A stretch of 64,000 bases of DNA from Tubiluchus corallicola. Its lineage: Eukaryota > Animalia > Priapulida. The position numbers and the translations under genes were made by a program. Location: the NCBI GenBank assembly GCA_030141605.1, contig JAQGDQ010000180.1, positions 372,001 to 436,000 on the forward strand. Reading direction: 5' to 3'. Below, in pieces: positions 40,001-53,966 of this stretch. The first letter of the stretch is position 1, and the number at the start of each line of letters is the position of its first letter. Under the pieces are notes generated by a model. It was not told where the DNA came from. It worked only from the letters and a program-made list of their open reading frames with translations, and made no database searches.

Positions 40001-40054
40001 CCAGTAGAATTAATATATGTCGGCTTCTTTAATGTGCCACGGTAGCAAATTTAA

Positions 40055-40640
40055 AAGAAAGGTCAAGCCTTTTAGGAGGTTAAGCTTATTTCAATGTTCG
40101 TGAAAAATGTTAGAAGAATTTAGTAATAAAATTGCAATAAGCGCCTCGTGTAACTAGTAAAATCACTTTGAAGTCACGATCACTTCATGTTTGAGTGCTC
40201 CCATTTTCAAAACCTATTCGTCTTCAAATGACGTCATTTGTCCCGAAGAAAAGTAGCGCACTGTCAGTCTTCATCATAAGTAGACAGACTTTTAACAAAT
40301 ATATTATATACATCATAGCAAACTTTTACAGAATAACTAGATAGTTAATTTTGCAATATTTTTGCATAAACATTAGGTAAGCTGGAGAAGTTTGAATTAG
40401 TTTAAGTAGCACGCGCTTACGGAAAGCCACGACGCGCTTACGAAAAGTCACGAAATCTCCCAGTTACGTCAAATGAATGGCGGAAACCACCACACCGCAA
40501 AAATTTCTATTCACAAATGGTATATTTTACATTTATGCTTTATAGGCAGTTCTTTGAAAATTTCTTTGTTATACTTTTCTAAGTTTAAGTGACAACAGAA
40601 GAATAAACCCAACATACTGAGTGACTTGTTCTTTCTTTTT
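40055..40640 (+). mobile_element. MITE family D (Kolobok-like), second copy at 59753-60304
   Basis: TTAA|AAGAAAG...CTTTCTT|TTTA; colinear with TTAA|AGGAAAG...CTTTCTT|TTAA at 59.75-60.3 kb. Confidence 0.8.
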
Positions 40641-41145
40641 AGGAAAATTCAATGAAATTGCATATATGTTTATTTATTGCCTAAAATACAATAAACAGAA
40701 AAACCGAGTTTTCACGCCTGAAAATGCACCCAAAAAGCATTATATACACAAGAAATAATCCTGTAATATATCTGTAACATTTTACGAGTAAATGAATCAA
40801 CGAAGAATGAACGAACGAATAAACAAAAGAAGTCACTGATTAGTTAATTAGTCAGTCAGTTTTATTTGTTTGAACAATCAGAAATTCAGAGTAATATTGA
40901 CCAAGCAATCAACCAACCAGACGTCCCACTGACTAGACAACTGACAAGTTACTAATATTTTGCTACAGAAAAACAAGAAGAACAGACAAACAAACAAACA
41001 AAACGAGAAGAAGCGACTTTTGATGTAAAAGTTGTTAGCACAGTTAGTGAATCTTTGGGAGTGATATAATGGAACAAGTTATCCTTAAGAAGAACGCTAA
41101 TGAAGAACCCTGGTTATCTTCAGAAAGCGACGCAATTCGGGACCT

Positions 41146-41885
41146 AAAGAAAAGGGGCACCTGAAGTAGGTTTCGGAAAAATCGCCGGAAAATTATACTA
41201 CTTTACAGCATTTTTATGCATATATCGCACTCGCGTGGAACGAAATCTTTGTTTGTCTTCATTTTAAATCTCCCGCAATACTGTTCCTTAGTCGCCATTA
41301 CATGACGTCATATACGCACAACGTAAATCAGGGGAAGAAAAGGAAATGTTAAATTATGACCCAAAAAACTTTCCTTGAAAAAATATATTATTTAGCTTTT
41401 CGCTTACCAGATGGAAAGACTTATGTAACTAGAAAAATAATTTAAAATGTTCGTGCCAATTGGTAAAATGTCGCTGGCTCACCCTCTAGAGTGCGTCACT
41501 CACTAACCAAAAACATATTTTTATATTGAGAAGATAAAGTAATTTAAGTTACTAAATCAATTAATTCTAACTATCTACCTTACTAACTAACTTAATACTA
41601 ACTAAATTTTACTTTGTTAGTAACGTGTGTGCTTACGAATGCTCTGATTATTTTTTCAAAATTTACTTAATGTTATCTGAACTTGTTTAAAACGACCCAA
41701 AATTAAAACGGCTGCGTCTAACGGTCATCGCGGGAGTTTTATACAGCGTTACTGTCGGCGCAAGCCCTGCATGCAAAAAAAACGCAATAAGTAAGTGGTA
41801 TAAAATTTCAAGAGGAATTTTTAAAGCTTTGTGTAAATGGAGGGTTTCGTTGTGCTTTAAAAGCTTGCAACATGTCAAGTTACAG
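41146..41885 (-). mobile_element. Family A DNA transposon copy (inverted)
   Basis: Reverse complement aligns with 60958-61310 plus 62275-62628 and provides the empty site for the pogo-like insertion. Confidence 0.8.
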
Positions 41886-42385
41886 GATGTGTCCAAAAGT
41901 TTTGTAGTGAAGCATCCTAAGTCGAAATGTGTGGGTCTATAGCGAAAAACGGTTACTTTGTGCTCAACATAGGCCCAATCGCTCAAGTACTCACTAGCAG
42001 TGAGCAAAAATATAGGCTTACTAGCCTAATGGTTAATCCGCCCCTGTGTTCTCCATGTAGTAGACGCACAGGATGTAATACCAATACCTTATTCCCCTGC
42101 CCAATATATCATGACGTAAATAATTTAAATGTACTGGCTGTTATTATTCGTTTATTAAAGTGTGACCAATAATGACTGACCGGCTGAGTAATTTGTTTGG
42201 CTAATGGCTTGAAACCTGGCAACCTGCAAAGATACTTTTTGTTATAAGGATTATATATCACACCCGCTTTGCGACGTGATCTGTATACATAAATTTTTTA
42301 TTTGCTTGAGCCGACATGTTAGTTTGACTAACGTCATTCCGGGGAGTAGTATTCACTTTGTTTGATTGTGGCTGAGGTTTCAGAT

Positions 42386-42845
42386 ATGTCATCACTTTAC
42401 GGAAAAATGACACTTGTTCATATTAATTTTTTTTCGATTATAATTTGCTTGATAGCAGGATCTTACTGTGCTGTGCAAAAGGTTAAATTCGTGCCTCCTA
42501 CACAGCAAAATTCTAGTCTTAAAGCCGATACTGATTCTGCCAGATTAGTGAACGCTCTAGTTAAAAAGCCATCAGCCATAGAGTGCGCTATATCTTGTGC
42601 TGAAGATGAAACATGTAGAAGCATTAACATAATCCCAGATTCTGAAGAAACTGTCCAATGTGATCTGCTCAAAGCTAGAGCTATAGACGAGTGCACTACA
42701 TTTGCAAACAATACAGTGAATGGGTCAGTTTATCTGACTATTCCAGAGGTTAGTAAGTGTAATTTCTCCCATCTGCAGTATGTTTTATAGGCCCACCGAG
42801 TTCATTTACTCGGTTTAATTGTCTATCTGTCTGTCCGTCCATTCT

Positions 42846-42934
<89 letters not shown>

Positions 42935-44161
42935 GTTTCAGTAAATGTATAGCATATACAGGTCACTGATTACAGATCAAATTGTTCAAACAAAATACTT
43001 TTTTTATAAAAATCAATAAATTTTTTGTAATGATGTATTATTAAAACGAAACTTCATCAGTGTATGCATATTATATCAGGTGGACACAAAAAAGCAAGCT
43101 CTTCTTAAAATGCCATAGAGCTGAGAATTTTTATCCAGTTTGTATATGAATTTAACAGGGTAAACTAAAGCGCATTAGCACTTGCCTGCCAATTTTTGCT
43201 TAGAAAGCCCAGAAAATAAACACTGTTTCTACATTTAATATTGTCATGAAGAACTTAAGAATGAAAACTAGATATTTGTAATTGCACAGACAAAACTGAT
43301 TGTACTAACTTTATAGTTTGCATAAGTATTAATTTTGCTTTATTTGTTTCATTCCTTTATTCATTAATTTTATTTTAGTTTTTCAGATACCTACATTTTA
43401 AAACCTGTGCTGTTCACCATAAAAGACAAAAACATTATTTCAACAATTATTATTAAACATTTCAGGATTGATAATGGCCAGTGCGCAAAACGTTTTTCCA
43501 GTCGAAAATGGTAAAGATCAGCCTTTGATAAATTGCTAAGAAAAACTGATGTCACTGCCTAGAGTTAATTTTGTAATGAGTAAATGAATAAAATTAAATT
43601 TACGCTATCATTAATAAAATTCATAAAAATTTATTAGTAAAACCACAAAATTAATCGAATATTAATAAAATATTGTGATCCAAATATACAATCATATGAA
43701 TATGTATTTTTTTCATTTTTAAAGGCTTAATGACAACATCAAACATAGCTTGCTTAATTTTTTCCTTTTTCTAACAAAAATTAGCGGTAAAAGTGCTAAA
43801 TTATTTGTAGTTTAAATGTTAAGATCACGTACAAAATTACATAAAAAATCTCAGCTCTGTGATATTCTAAAACATTTTTGTGTTCACCCTGTATAAAGAT
43901 GGAACGAAGGGAACTGAACAGTGATGAAGTGAGATATAATGTTATTTAAAGACCAAAATTCTGGTTGAAATGATACTTTTCTCCTTGATAGCCTGAAATC
44001 TTTGGTTATTACCACGGCTATGGCTATACGAATACACCTACTCACGAACGACTATTTGTATTAGGACTATGAAAAAAGCAGATGCAGGGCGAAAGGATGA
44101 GCTAGAGAGGTCAAGCAAACGAGTTGGTGAGTGAGTGGTCTATCCAGGTGACCAAGATGAG

Positions 44162-44206
<45 letters not shown>

Positions 44207-46231
44207 GCGTGTGCGTGTGCGTGTGCGTGCGTGTGAGCGTGTGTGCGTGCGTGTGTATTATACGGTGTACTTCAGAATGCTAAATGTTTTGTTTACTAGT
44301 ACTTATCTGCGTCTTTTTTTACAGTTGGAAAACCAATACCTTGAGTTGGTGAACACGGATAATATAGAAGGTTTGCATAATAGCTTTCACCTTTCCTTTC
44401 ACCATAAAGCTGTCATTTTGTCAATTATTTTTTAACATAGATCACCTATCTTACAGTGGTGCGAATAATTACGGTAATGATCGCTAGCCTTCAGTATCAA
44501 AAAACCTTCAATGAACGTAAATTGGCCGCATAAATGCGTTTAAGTAACAGAATAAAATGCAAAATTTTTGCTAAGCAAAAGAAAACGTCAATAGATTATA
44601 TGAATAAATAAATTGTTTGTAATAGGTAACTAGATACTAGTTGCTCTAGCGTGAGAAACATTCCTTTATCAGATGCTCTCAAATTTGTGTTGCCCGCTTC
44701 CGCATTGGTAACTAGCATTAAACTTTTATCAAATTTTTCTGGCACCAAGCTAGCAGTGTAAAAATATTTAAAATATTTATCATCAGCATCGCATCACCAT
44801 TGGTCTTCATCATCACCATCGGCATTATTGCCATTAATGACAACTCGATTTAAAGAGAATACTGTTAAAATTTTGCTCAATTATAAGTATAACAACGTAA
44901 ATTTCATTTGAACGAGAAAAGCTTATGGCTAACGTGCTGCCATCTATAGAAGCCCATTGTTAATTAAATCACTGTATTTAGTGTGTTTGCAAATATTCAT
45001 GATCATTATCCTCGTCGTCATCATCATTACCATATTGTCGTCATTTTCATCATCATCATTGATTTGTTATGTTACTTTTATAGCTTATAGTACATTGTAA
45101 TATACACACCAAGAATATTGCCATGTTACTTCTTTTTGTACTGCTTCCCTTATTTTCTTAGATGAATGTTTTGAAGTTGACTTTCCCTTCAAAAGCCCTG
45201 TTGATTATTACCAGAAGAACAATGCCTTTCAAGGAGGAGGAAACACAGAACTTTCCTTTTGTGGTTGGGTCAAGGTCATGTCTTTGTCGGCAAGTGCAGG
45301 CCATGTTCTAGGTCTCTGGTCTTACCACATCGATCATGCAGGAGTCTGGATATCTCAAACAGTGAATACGCAAATCTCGTTCTGGAAAGATGATGTGTAT
45401 ATGTTCAGATATATAGATATAAACCTTATTACCAAGATTCTTAAGTTTGTACATTTGGTAAAATTCTTAATTTTTTAATTCGCAATTTTGCAAATAACTA
45501 GGAAAAATGAACTTTTTTTGTAACTTAGTGAATGCGTGGCAGAAAGAACTTTTATTATGCTTCCACTGCAACAGCACTTTAATATAGAGTAGGGCTATAA
45601 ATCAACAGGCATGGCAGCAACAACAACAATAATAACAATAACAAATAATGACAAAATTACTATTCCATACCTTAATGACAATTTGCGGTAGCAATACGGT
45701 AGCAATGGCAGCAGCAGTAGCAACAACAGTGACATTGATATCAACAGCAGTTTACTAGTAATGGTGATGTTGACAACAATGTAAAACAAGCTAAACAACA
45801 GCAGTGGTGGTAACTATGATATTTGCTTTTTTAGCTTTGTGCAAGGTTATTATGATGCACTTCATGATGACAAGTGGCACTTCATCTGTACTACTTGGAG
45901 AAATTCCGATGGACGGGGACAAATATACGTAGATGGAGTCTTAGTTGGCACTGGAGCCGTTTTTGCTGGGACATACATTGAAAAGGGCAAACCGCTTGTC
46001 TTAGGCCAAGAAATGGACGCGGGTGGATATGAATCACATCAGTCTTTCAAGGGAAAAATTGCTGGTTGGAATTTTTATGATCGCGCGCTGGCGGCAGAAG
46101 AAATCAAACACTTGTTTCAATACTGTTACCATAGCGGTGGAAACCTGTGGAAGTGGGGTGATATCAAGAATGGAGGTTTGCATGGTAGTGCTCATCTCAG
46201 CAATGATACACCTTCTTGTTTCGGTTTTTAA
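42386..46231 (+). CDS. Secreted PAN/apple-domain + pentraxin (LamG-like) protein, about 346 aa, 4 coding exons
   Basis: Exons 42386-42748, 44325-44370, 45162-45396, 45835-46231 (sum 1041 nt, phases consistent). Hydrophobic leader; PAN motif SAIECAISCAEDETCRSIN...CDL; pentraxin signature WHFICTTWRNSDG, LVLGQEMD, QSFKGKI...DRAL..EEI. The start may be ATG 42386 or 42407. Confidence 0.85.
42820..42935. repeat. (TCTG)n microsatellite
   Basis: Direct inspection. Confidence 0.95.
43078..43892. mobile_element. Tc1/mariner-like MITE with long imperfect TIRs
   Basis: CAGGTGGACACAAAAA...AGAGCTGAGAATTTTT versus AAAAATCTCAGCTCT...TTTTTGTGTTCACCCTG|TA. Confidence 0.6.
44165..44257. repeat. (TG)n/(TGCGTG)n microsatellite
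   Basis: Direct inspection. Confidence 0.95.
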
Positions 46232-49103
46232 GCGGCAAGCTGTTGAGGAGAAAGAAAAGCTTTTCGATTAACGCAACCTGATGTTTTTCCCCAGAATAAA
46301 TAACCGTTAGCAAGCCAATGCGGAATTAGAAGTTTTTGTTTTGGGACATTCCGTCAGCTACACAACCTAACTCACTCAAGAATTATCGCATTCTGTTGTG
46401 TTCAGATTTTCGAAACTAACGATATTAATCAGTTTTCAAATTTTTCATGTTTATCTTATGCTGACGGGCATGTATAAACCTGAGGCGCATTTTGTAGCTT
46501 GGGCTAGAGTTTTTGTAAAACTCGTCTTGTATCTTACTTAGTCAGGCAGGGTAATAGATGCATTTATGTGAACTAAGATTAGGGTTTGTGGTTATCACAA
46601 CTCTTGACGACTAAAGATAAATGTATTGGTTCTTCTATTCTATAAATTGCTGGACTTTTATCTTTATTATGATATACTATGATAATCTAGTAAGAGGTTG
46701 TAATTGTGATTTCCTACTGGAAGAAAATATGGTTAACAATTGTGAATTTAAATTGGAAGTAATTGCTAGAGTATGAATTAATACTTGCATTTGCAAAAGA
46801 TTTGGATTATGTTTACTTCTTACAAATTTCTAAGTTGGACCCTGTTTAAATGGAAACAAATACGTTTAACTGAGCATTTCTCTCGATGTTTATTTTGGTT
46901 GTAATAAAGTGTGAACTCACCTTTGGAATATTGAAATTTAGATCTAGCTAAAGTGTACGGAAATAAGTTGTAACTTTTGGTTATCCTTGTTAAAAGAATT
47001 TATTGGAAAATAAAGTTGAAGTAAAATCTGTGAAAGGTTAAAAGCTTTAAAGATTAAGAGAAATCAAAATTGTGACATTGTATGTAAGACAGTTTTTCAA
47101 CTGATTAGCTGAGTCATGTCTACTCTCTGTTTCCATGTATAAACAGCATTCAAAACAGTAGTTCAAATTATAACATCTACTTGTATATCATATATAGTAA
47201 TTAGTTTCGTACTTAAGCTATACCATCTGCTTGTGCAAAATACTACTGGGTGTAATTTGAATAATTATTTTGTTTAAACAGAAATTCTTGTTTCTACTTT
47301 CATTTTTAGCATTTATTTGACTAAAATGGCCGCAACATTAAATTGGTAAAGAACAGGGGTATAAAACAAATAAAAACACAACGCAATCGAGAATTAACAG
47401 CAAAGTGGTCAAGTATAAAAAGATTAGTAATAATTTTTTAAACTTCTACTCATATAAGGGACAGTCAATCATATTCATAGAAAGAACTAATCCGTGTTCT
47501 GATTTTTAGCAATAGGTGGACCTGATTTTTAACAACCAGTCAACCATCCAACCCAAATACAATCACGGTTTGTTGAGATCGACACTACAATTGCGCTCTA
47601 GTGGTAAAGTGTGTGTATACGTGTAATATACAAGCATAGCGTAGGATTGATCCATGACTTTACAACTTCACATGCGTGTTAGAGTTGCTGTCAGTGATTA
47701 GTACATGTATTAAATCTCCAAGTAAATGTTTTCGTAGTTAGAAAAGTTTTCGAACTCGAACATTCGGTGCTCATCCCTAACGAATGATTAAAACATCATG
47801 ATGCAATTACTTATTTACAACAATTGTACAATGTTAGACGACATGTTGAAATACAATAATAAATGTTTTAGACGTCATATTGAGTTACAGTCATAAATGT
47901 TAGCATTTGTAGAAATTTGCAATCATTTTATTATAAAACGTATACAATGTTCACAAATCATAAAATTGAACAAACAGTCATAAAGTTAGCAATATGATAT
48001 TTTACAGTAGAAATTTCGCGTCCTTTCTCAATGCTGTCTCTAGATCAACTGAAACTTGCATGACTGAGAGAGTAAAGCTGTAATCACATGACCAGACATA
48101 CAAGTTCCTATTGGAAGGTACAACATATTCATGCATACAGACCATAAATGGAAAGGTCACCTATACTCTACAGACTACTAGTTAAACCAAAACATCAAAG
48201 TCTACTTGGCTTCTTTGATAGTAGAATGAAGATTATTGCTTTACAGAAAGCTTTGTTATAATGTTATAATTTTTCTCTATTTAAACTTGAATAAGAGAGT
48301 TAGAACCAGAATTAAAGCATGAAATTAACAATCTAATTACTCTGATTAGTGAATATCTATTAAAGCAAAAGGAAATAATATTTAGAAACAAAAATTAATC
48401 TCTGACAAACATTGTGCAATTAGAGTAAAACAACGACTGTAGATGGCAGCATAGACCAATTCAGTACTTAGTGTAGTAGACAGACAATTAAATGGGTCAC
48501 ATAATACTACAATCGCGTACTCGGTACAATGTGCGATACTGCGCCAACAGAGAAAAAAAAAGAAAATGGAAAACTATCATTGGCTATTTAAACAATTAAA
48601 TCTGTGACAAAATGACTATTCGGCTTACTAAGCTACAGAGCAGACACAAAATGTCATGTCATGTATCACAAAGCCACATCAATACAAACAATACAACATA
48701 AGAGAAAAAATTACTATTATGCATTATCAAAATCAGACTTTGTTAATTGGCACTGCAAAACCGACATTACATTTACATGTCTAATAATCAATGTAATCAG
48801 CAACTAGTAATCAAGTAATCAATTTTAAAACACAAAAAAACAATGCAAAAAATTAATAAAAACTGAGAGAGGGACTAACAGTGCCATGGGCTACTGCAAG
48901 TGCCATTTCCTAACAGCCATGTAGTTCAATTATCCCTTCAAAATCAATAAAAATTTAACAGTAATACTCATACACAAGTCATAGATATAACAGTAATACT
49001 AATATGCAACTCACAAAAACTTTATGGGTTGTATTGTTCTAGACGCTGATGTACAACGAGAAAGGTGTGAATGTAATCATACAGCGTGAGGTAAGATAAT
49101 TAC

Positions 49104-50617
49104 TTAAACCTTATCATTATCAATCAGACCTTTGATAATTTTTCTTGCTTTGGCAGCTGATTCTCGTTTAGGTAACATACGTTTGACGAGCATTGGAGAC
49201 TTGCAAGCAAGAGGTTGGTCAGATGCTGCCTGAGTGATTGGATACAAATGATGTACGGGTCTTTGCAATGAGTTTCCATTAGCCAGTACCACTTCAGCAC
49301 CTCGTACTTCCCCATCACAACTGCCTAACAACCGAGAAATTCGGCCTAATTTCCATCTCCCTCTGGGGTGATTTTCTTCCTTAATTAGAACAACGTCATT
49401 AATTTTTGGAATTTGTTTGAGTGCACCCTTTTTAGTTACCAGCACTGACTAGGTTCTTGCACGCAAGTCTCCAAGGTATTCAGTTTGCCACCGTTTCCAA
49501 AATTGTTTAACTTGTTTCTGACCATTTTTCCAATTCTCAATTAATGTTTTTATTGTTGGTTGGAAATCTGGTTCATTGCACACATTTCTTTCAAGGTCTT
49601 GGATGCCAGGTGGACAATGCTTCTAACGTGGATGAGTCAACATAACAGAGTGGTCTGGATTTGATGGTGTACTGGATCTCTTCTAGTACAGTCACCAGGA
49701 AGGGGTTTGCACAATGTTGTTTTTCTGAGAGTGCGTTTTACCAGACCGACAAGTCTTTCATAATGACCCCCTTGGTGTGATGCTTTGAGGATAATGAAAG
49801 ACCATGAAAAACCAGATTAAGTAGCAAATTCTTGACACATCTTGCTATGCAATACAGAATTAAAATGAACATCCATGGTATTTCGAACTAGCTTAAAGGT
49901 GGGCGCATTGTCTGAATTTTTTTAGGACAGCCATAGCGAGCTATGAACCTTCTCAAGACTAGTATTACAGATTCTGCTGTCTTGTCAGTAACTAAAGCTA
50001 AATGAACTGTCCTAGTTGTCAAGCAGTCGAACAACATTATTCAAGATTTTTTGTCAAGTTCTTAGAGGTACCACTCTTATACAAAATAGGCCCCATATAA
50101 TCTACTCCCACTTAAGAGTAGGGACAAGAGGGTACCATGCACTCATCGGGTGACTGTTTAAATGGAGGTGAGCAATAAGGACCACCTTCATATCTTCTAT
50201 ATGTTAAACATTTTCTTAGGATAGCTCTTATGATATTGCGCCCATTCGGCAGCCAGTAGTTGATGCGGAAAATTGCCAAAACCTGTGATACACCAACGTG
50301 GCAATAAACTTTGTGTAAATGTTGCACAATTAGTTCTACAAGTTTACAGTTTGGTAGTAATAGTGGTTGTGATGTTAATAAACTGTGCTTATTCTGAAAT
50401 CTTGTTTTGCAAGCAATTAGACCACCATCATTCACAAAGAAGGTGACATTAGAAGACGCCCTTTGCACTTCAACCAAGACAACTAGCAAATATAAAAATG
50501 TCGGGTCCTAATTTTGTTTTCTCAGCACCCAATACTCTGAAGTAATGATGATTTCCAATTAAGAGTTCAATTTGCTCTTTCAGGTCATCATCAGAAGAAT
50601 GGGTAACTGGTAGGACA
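49104..50617 (-). mobile_element. BEL/Pao LTR retrotransposon remnant (protease-adjacent fragment, integrase, C-terminal DUF5641-like domain), internally deleted
   Basis: IELLIG..YF; PLLLP...H....HVGV..VLA..R..YW...GR..IR.ILRKC; GVDYMGP; CLTTRTVHL; SDNAPTF; DVVLIKEE..PRGRWKLGRI..L....DG.VRGAEV....G..L.RPV..LYP. Frameshifts and stops are present, RT/RNase H are missing, and no LTR pair was identified. Confidence 0.9.
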
Positions 50618-51765
50618 CTTGTATAAATTCTTGTTTTTGTACGAATATTAGGAAAGCTTATTGTATTTGTCATTGTTAAATATTATTAATACGGTTGTTG
50701 TGTTAATGTGACGGATTGCTCTCGCCTTTTCATTGCAAAAACGTTAATTGTAGTTCTCTTTTTGGTTATAGACATTTCCTATGTATGTATTTAGCTAAGG
50801 GAATATTTGCTATATAAAAGCTAAGCATAATTGTTGGGTAAGAACTAATAGTAAATTTTTATCGGAAAAGTCGAATTTTTACAAAGCAGTATTAAGTATA
50901 ATATTATTATATTGTATGCAATGAGTAACAGAGTTACACTGAATTATTCACTGCAAAGTCAATTTATACAGGCAAAATTAACTTTCGCTACTCTGTTCCA
51001 GTAATCTTTAATATTGAAAACTTTGTCCAAGTGTTCATCGCAAAGCTGCATGTGCAATAAAATAGATATACGGTAATAAAACGTATTTATGACCAGCAGT
51101 TAACTTGTACGATTTTATGAGTTAATTTCGTCCAACTTTAATTTGTTACTTAAATCAATTAATTACAAAATTACATGCTTTCAGTTTCATCAGTTTGACA
51201 CAAAAATGCAAATGAACGTGCTAAAAACTGTTAAATATTCAACGATTGAGACACTCGTCTTCAACATTAGTCTTAGCGCCATCTATAGTGCGCTATCGCA
51301 AAGTAAACACATCTCAGAGTGATATTTACATGTCTAACGCCACCTGTCCTCACACATTAAATACAATACAGGAAAAATGTTCACAAGTCCAGTGCCTAGC
51401 GCCACCTATCTCACACATTAAACACAATACAGGAAAAATGTTCACGACACCAGTGCGTAGCGCCACCTGTCCTCACACATTAAACACAATACAGGAAAAA
51501 TGTTCACAACTCCAGTGCCTAGCGCCACCTATCTCACACATTAAATACAATACAAGAAAAATCTTCACAACACCAGTGCCTAGCGCCACCTGTCTTCACA
51601 CATTAAACACAACTCAGAAATAAGTTTATAATATTGGGATCTAACACCACCTGTGCGCGCAGACTTCCTATCTCTTACAAATTTCTTTTTCTGGATCGAG
51701 CCGATTCTTCATGTAGCACTCTCTTTTCCCTGTCAATCCATTATTTTCTTCATTCATTCTTGCTG

Positions 51766-51797
<32 letters not shown>

Positions 51798-51883
51798 TCT
51801 CTCTTTTCTCTCTCTTTCTCTCTCTTTCTCTCTCTCTTTCTCTCTCTCTCTCCTCTCTCGGTCTCTCTCCCCTCTCTCGTTGC

Positions 51884-51976
<93 letters not shown>

Positions 51977-52040
51977 CTCTCTTCCCCTCTCTCGTTGCCT
52001 TCCCCCTCTCTCTCTCTCTCCTCTCTCCGTCTCTCTCCCC

Positions 52041-52101
<61 letters not shown>
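50618..52101 (+). pseudogene. Orphan duplicate of the vitellogenin 3' UTR and 3' flank
   Basis: Matches 38089-39330 including both AATAAA; has an extra about 200 bp (51148-51335) and more 61-bp units; no coding exon is present. Confidence 0.8.
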
Positions 52102-53059
52102 CGTAATTTTTGCTCCAGACTATGCGTCGATATCGAATAAAAATGACAGCAACTCAACAAACGCATATATACTCACAAACAGTAAGCAAATATGTTGGCG
52201 TCGATGTCTCTGTTCACATTCCAGTTCACCAAGTATGGCGGCCTCACTCGGTCAATAACACCAACATAATAGTTGAAATTTTAAATTTTTTATAAATGAT
52301 TATAAGTGCAGTCACGTAACTGTGCATTGTTATGCCAGACGACGCGTTTTTATGCTGTTAGAAATTATCTAGGTCATTCTGTGTTTATATCAGAACCAAT
52401 CCAAATCGAATCACAACACTGCTTACTAGTTCTTAGATAAAACATTCCTTTACTTAACATTTATTGCACATTCCCTTCGGCAGAAAAAGCAATAATTTTG
52501 TCGTCGGCTAAGCCCCCAGTATGGACTTGAGCAGAATAAATATCATCTCCAGTTCCTTTCGGAGAAAACAGCCGAGTGGTCACGGTGTGTATTTAATGAA
52601 TGAAAGTTAAGCAGCACTGATAGATCAGTTGGTTAGTAAATAAATCGATGACCGTTAAGAAAATTTCTTCTGATTGATGTGGTTTTATGTAGCGTACGAC
52701 GGTTCAGGAAGTTACACACGGATCAATATCTGGATGAAGCACGTCTGCTGGTTCAGTGTCTCATCTTAATAGCCTGATTCCTATTATGTCAAAATTTGCA
52801 TTGAGTAGTCCCTGCTGTTGAATCAGATGAATTTTTGCCTTACGGAGCGTCTAATTGTATAAAAAGCTTAGTAACACTTCGTGGAATATTCGTACATTAT
52901 TGATTATCGGTGGGTTCTCCAGTGTGGTGCACGTTTTGCTGAGATGCTGAGTCCAAAAGTGATTCTTATGCTTCAGAAAGTTTTTTCGTTTTTTAAAGTA
53001 TCATTCCTTTTAATTGACGTCATCACAAGTATCGGTATCTCATCAGTACTTGTCACTCG

Positions 53060-53327
53060 TGAGAAAGGGAGAAAGAGTTAGGGAAAGAGAGAGAGAGAGA
53101 CAAAGGGAGAGAGAGAAAGAAAGAGAGAGAGAGAGAGGGAGAGAGAGACAAAGGAAGAGAGAGAGACAGAAAAAGAGAGAGAGAAAGGAGAGAGAAAAAC
53201 AAAGAGAGAGAGAGAGACAAAGGGAGAGAGAGAGAGAGAGAGAGAGAAAGAAAGAGAGAGAGAGAGGGAGAGAGAGACAAAGGAAGAGAGAGAGACAGAA
53301 AAAGAGAGAGAGAAAGGAGAGAGAAAA

Positions 53328-53418
<91 letters not shown>

Positions 53419-53493
53419 AAAAGAGATAGAAAACGAGAGGGAGACAGAAAGAGAGAGGGAGAGAGACAGAAAGAGAGAGAGAGGGAAAGAGAA

Positions 53494-53566
<73 letters not shown>
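53060..53566. repeat. Complex (GA)n microsatellite
   Basis: Direct inspection; contains an internally duplicated block. Confidence 0.97.
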
Positions 53567-53570
<4 letters not shown>

Positions 53571-53966
53571 GACATTATTAGAACGCCTCCCCCATTGTTT
53601 AATTTGCTTCCTTGTACAAACATAAATAGCAATAAAAAATTTTGATTTTCTGTTAAAGCCTTATTCACATGTCAATGTCTTTCTCCTAGCTTGAGTGGTA
53701 TTTCTGCTTTCTTGTGTTAGATAAAACTGGTGAATGTAAACTAACTGGGTGGAAACTGACTTCTATGATTAAAAAAAGCCACTTTCTCTCAACCCTAGAG
53801 TGGCTGTTTTTGTGGCTTCGTTAATCATGATCATTAAAAAAGAACATTTTCACATTTTACAGATTCCTCAAGGATAAACTGTAACTGCCATATGTTGTGT
53901 TAAGATGTTCAAACTTTCTTAGAGTCTGTCGGACTACCGTTAATATGTTATGCATGACTTCTCTAA

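Noticed and set aside
46330-49100. Possible LTR or 3' region of the BEL/Pao element
   Set aside because: No second LTR, PBS, PPT or TSD identifiable, so boundaries are unsupported.
52565-52640. tRNA A-box-like strings (GCCGAGTGGTC, TAGATCAGTTGGTTAG; also 9124-9140)
   Set aside because: No B box or cloverleaf could be built.
38833-53668. RE-rich and LS-rich ORFs, including the twin MGSNTTCARR ORFs at 38833 and 51634 (also 5033-5305 and 6487-6982)
   Set aside because: They arise from (GA)/(CT) microsatellites; the twins reflect the non-coding duplication and start at TTG.
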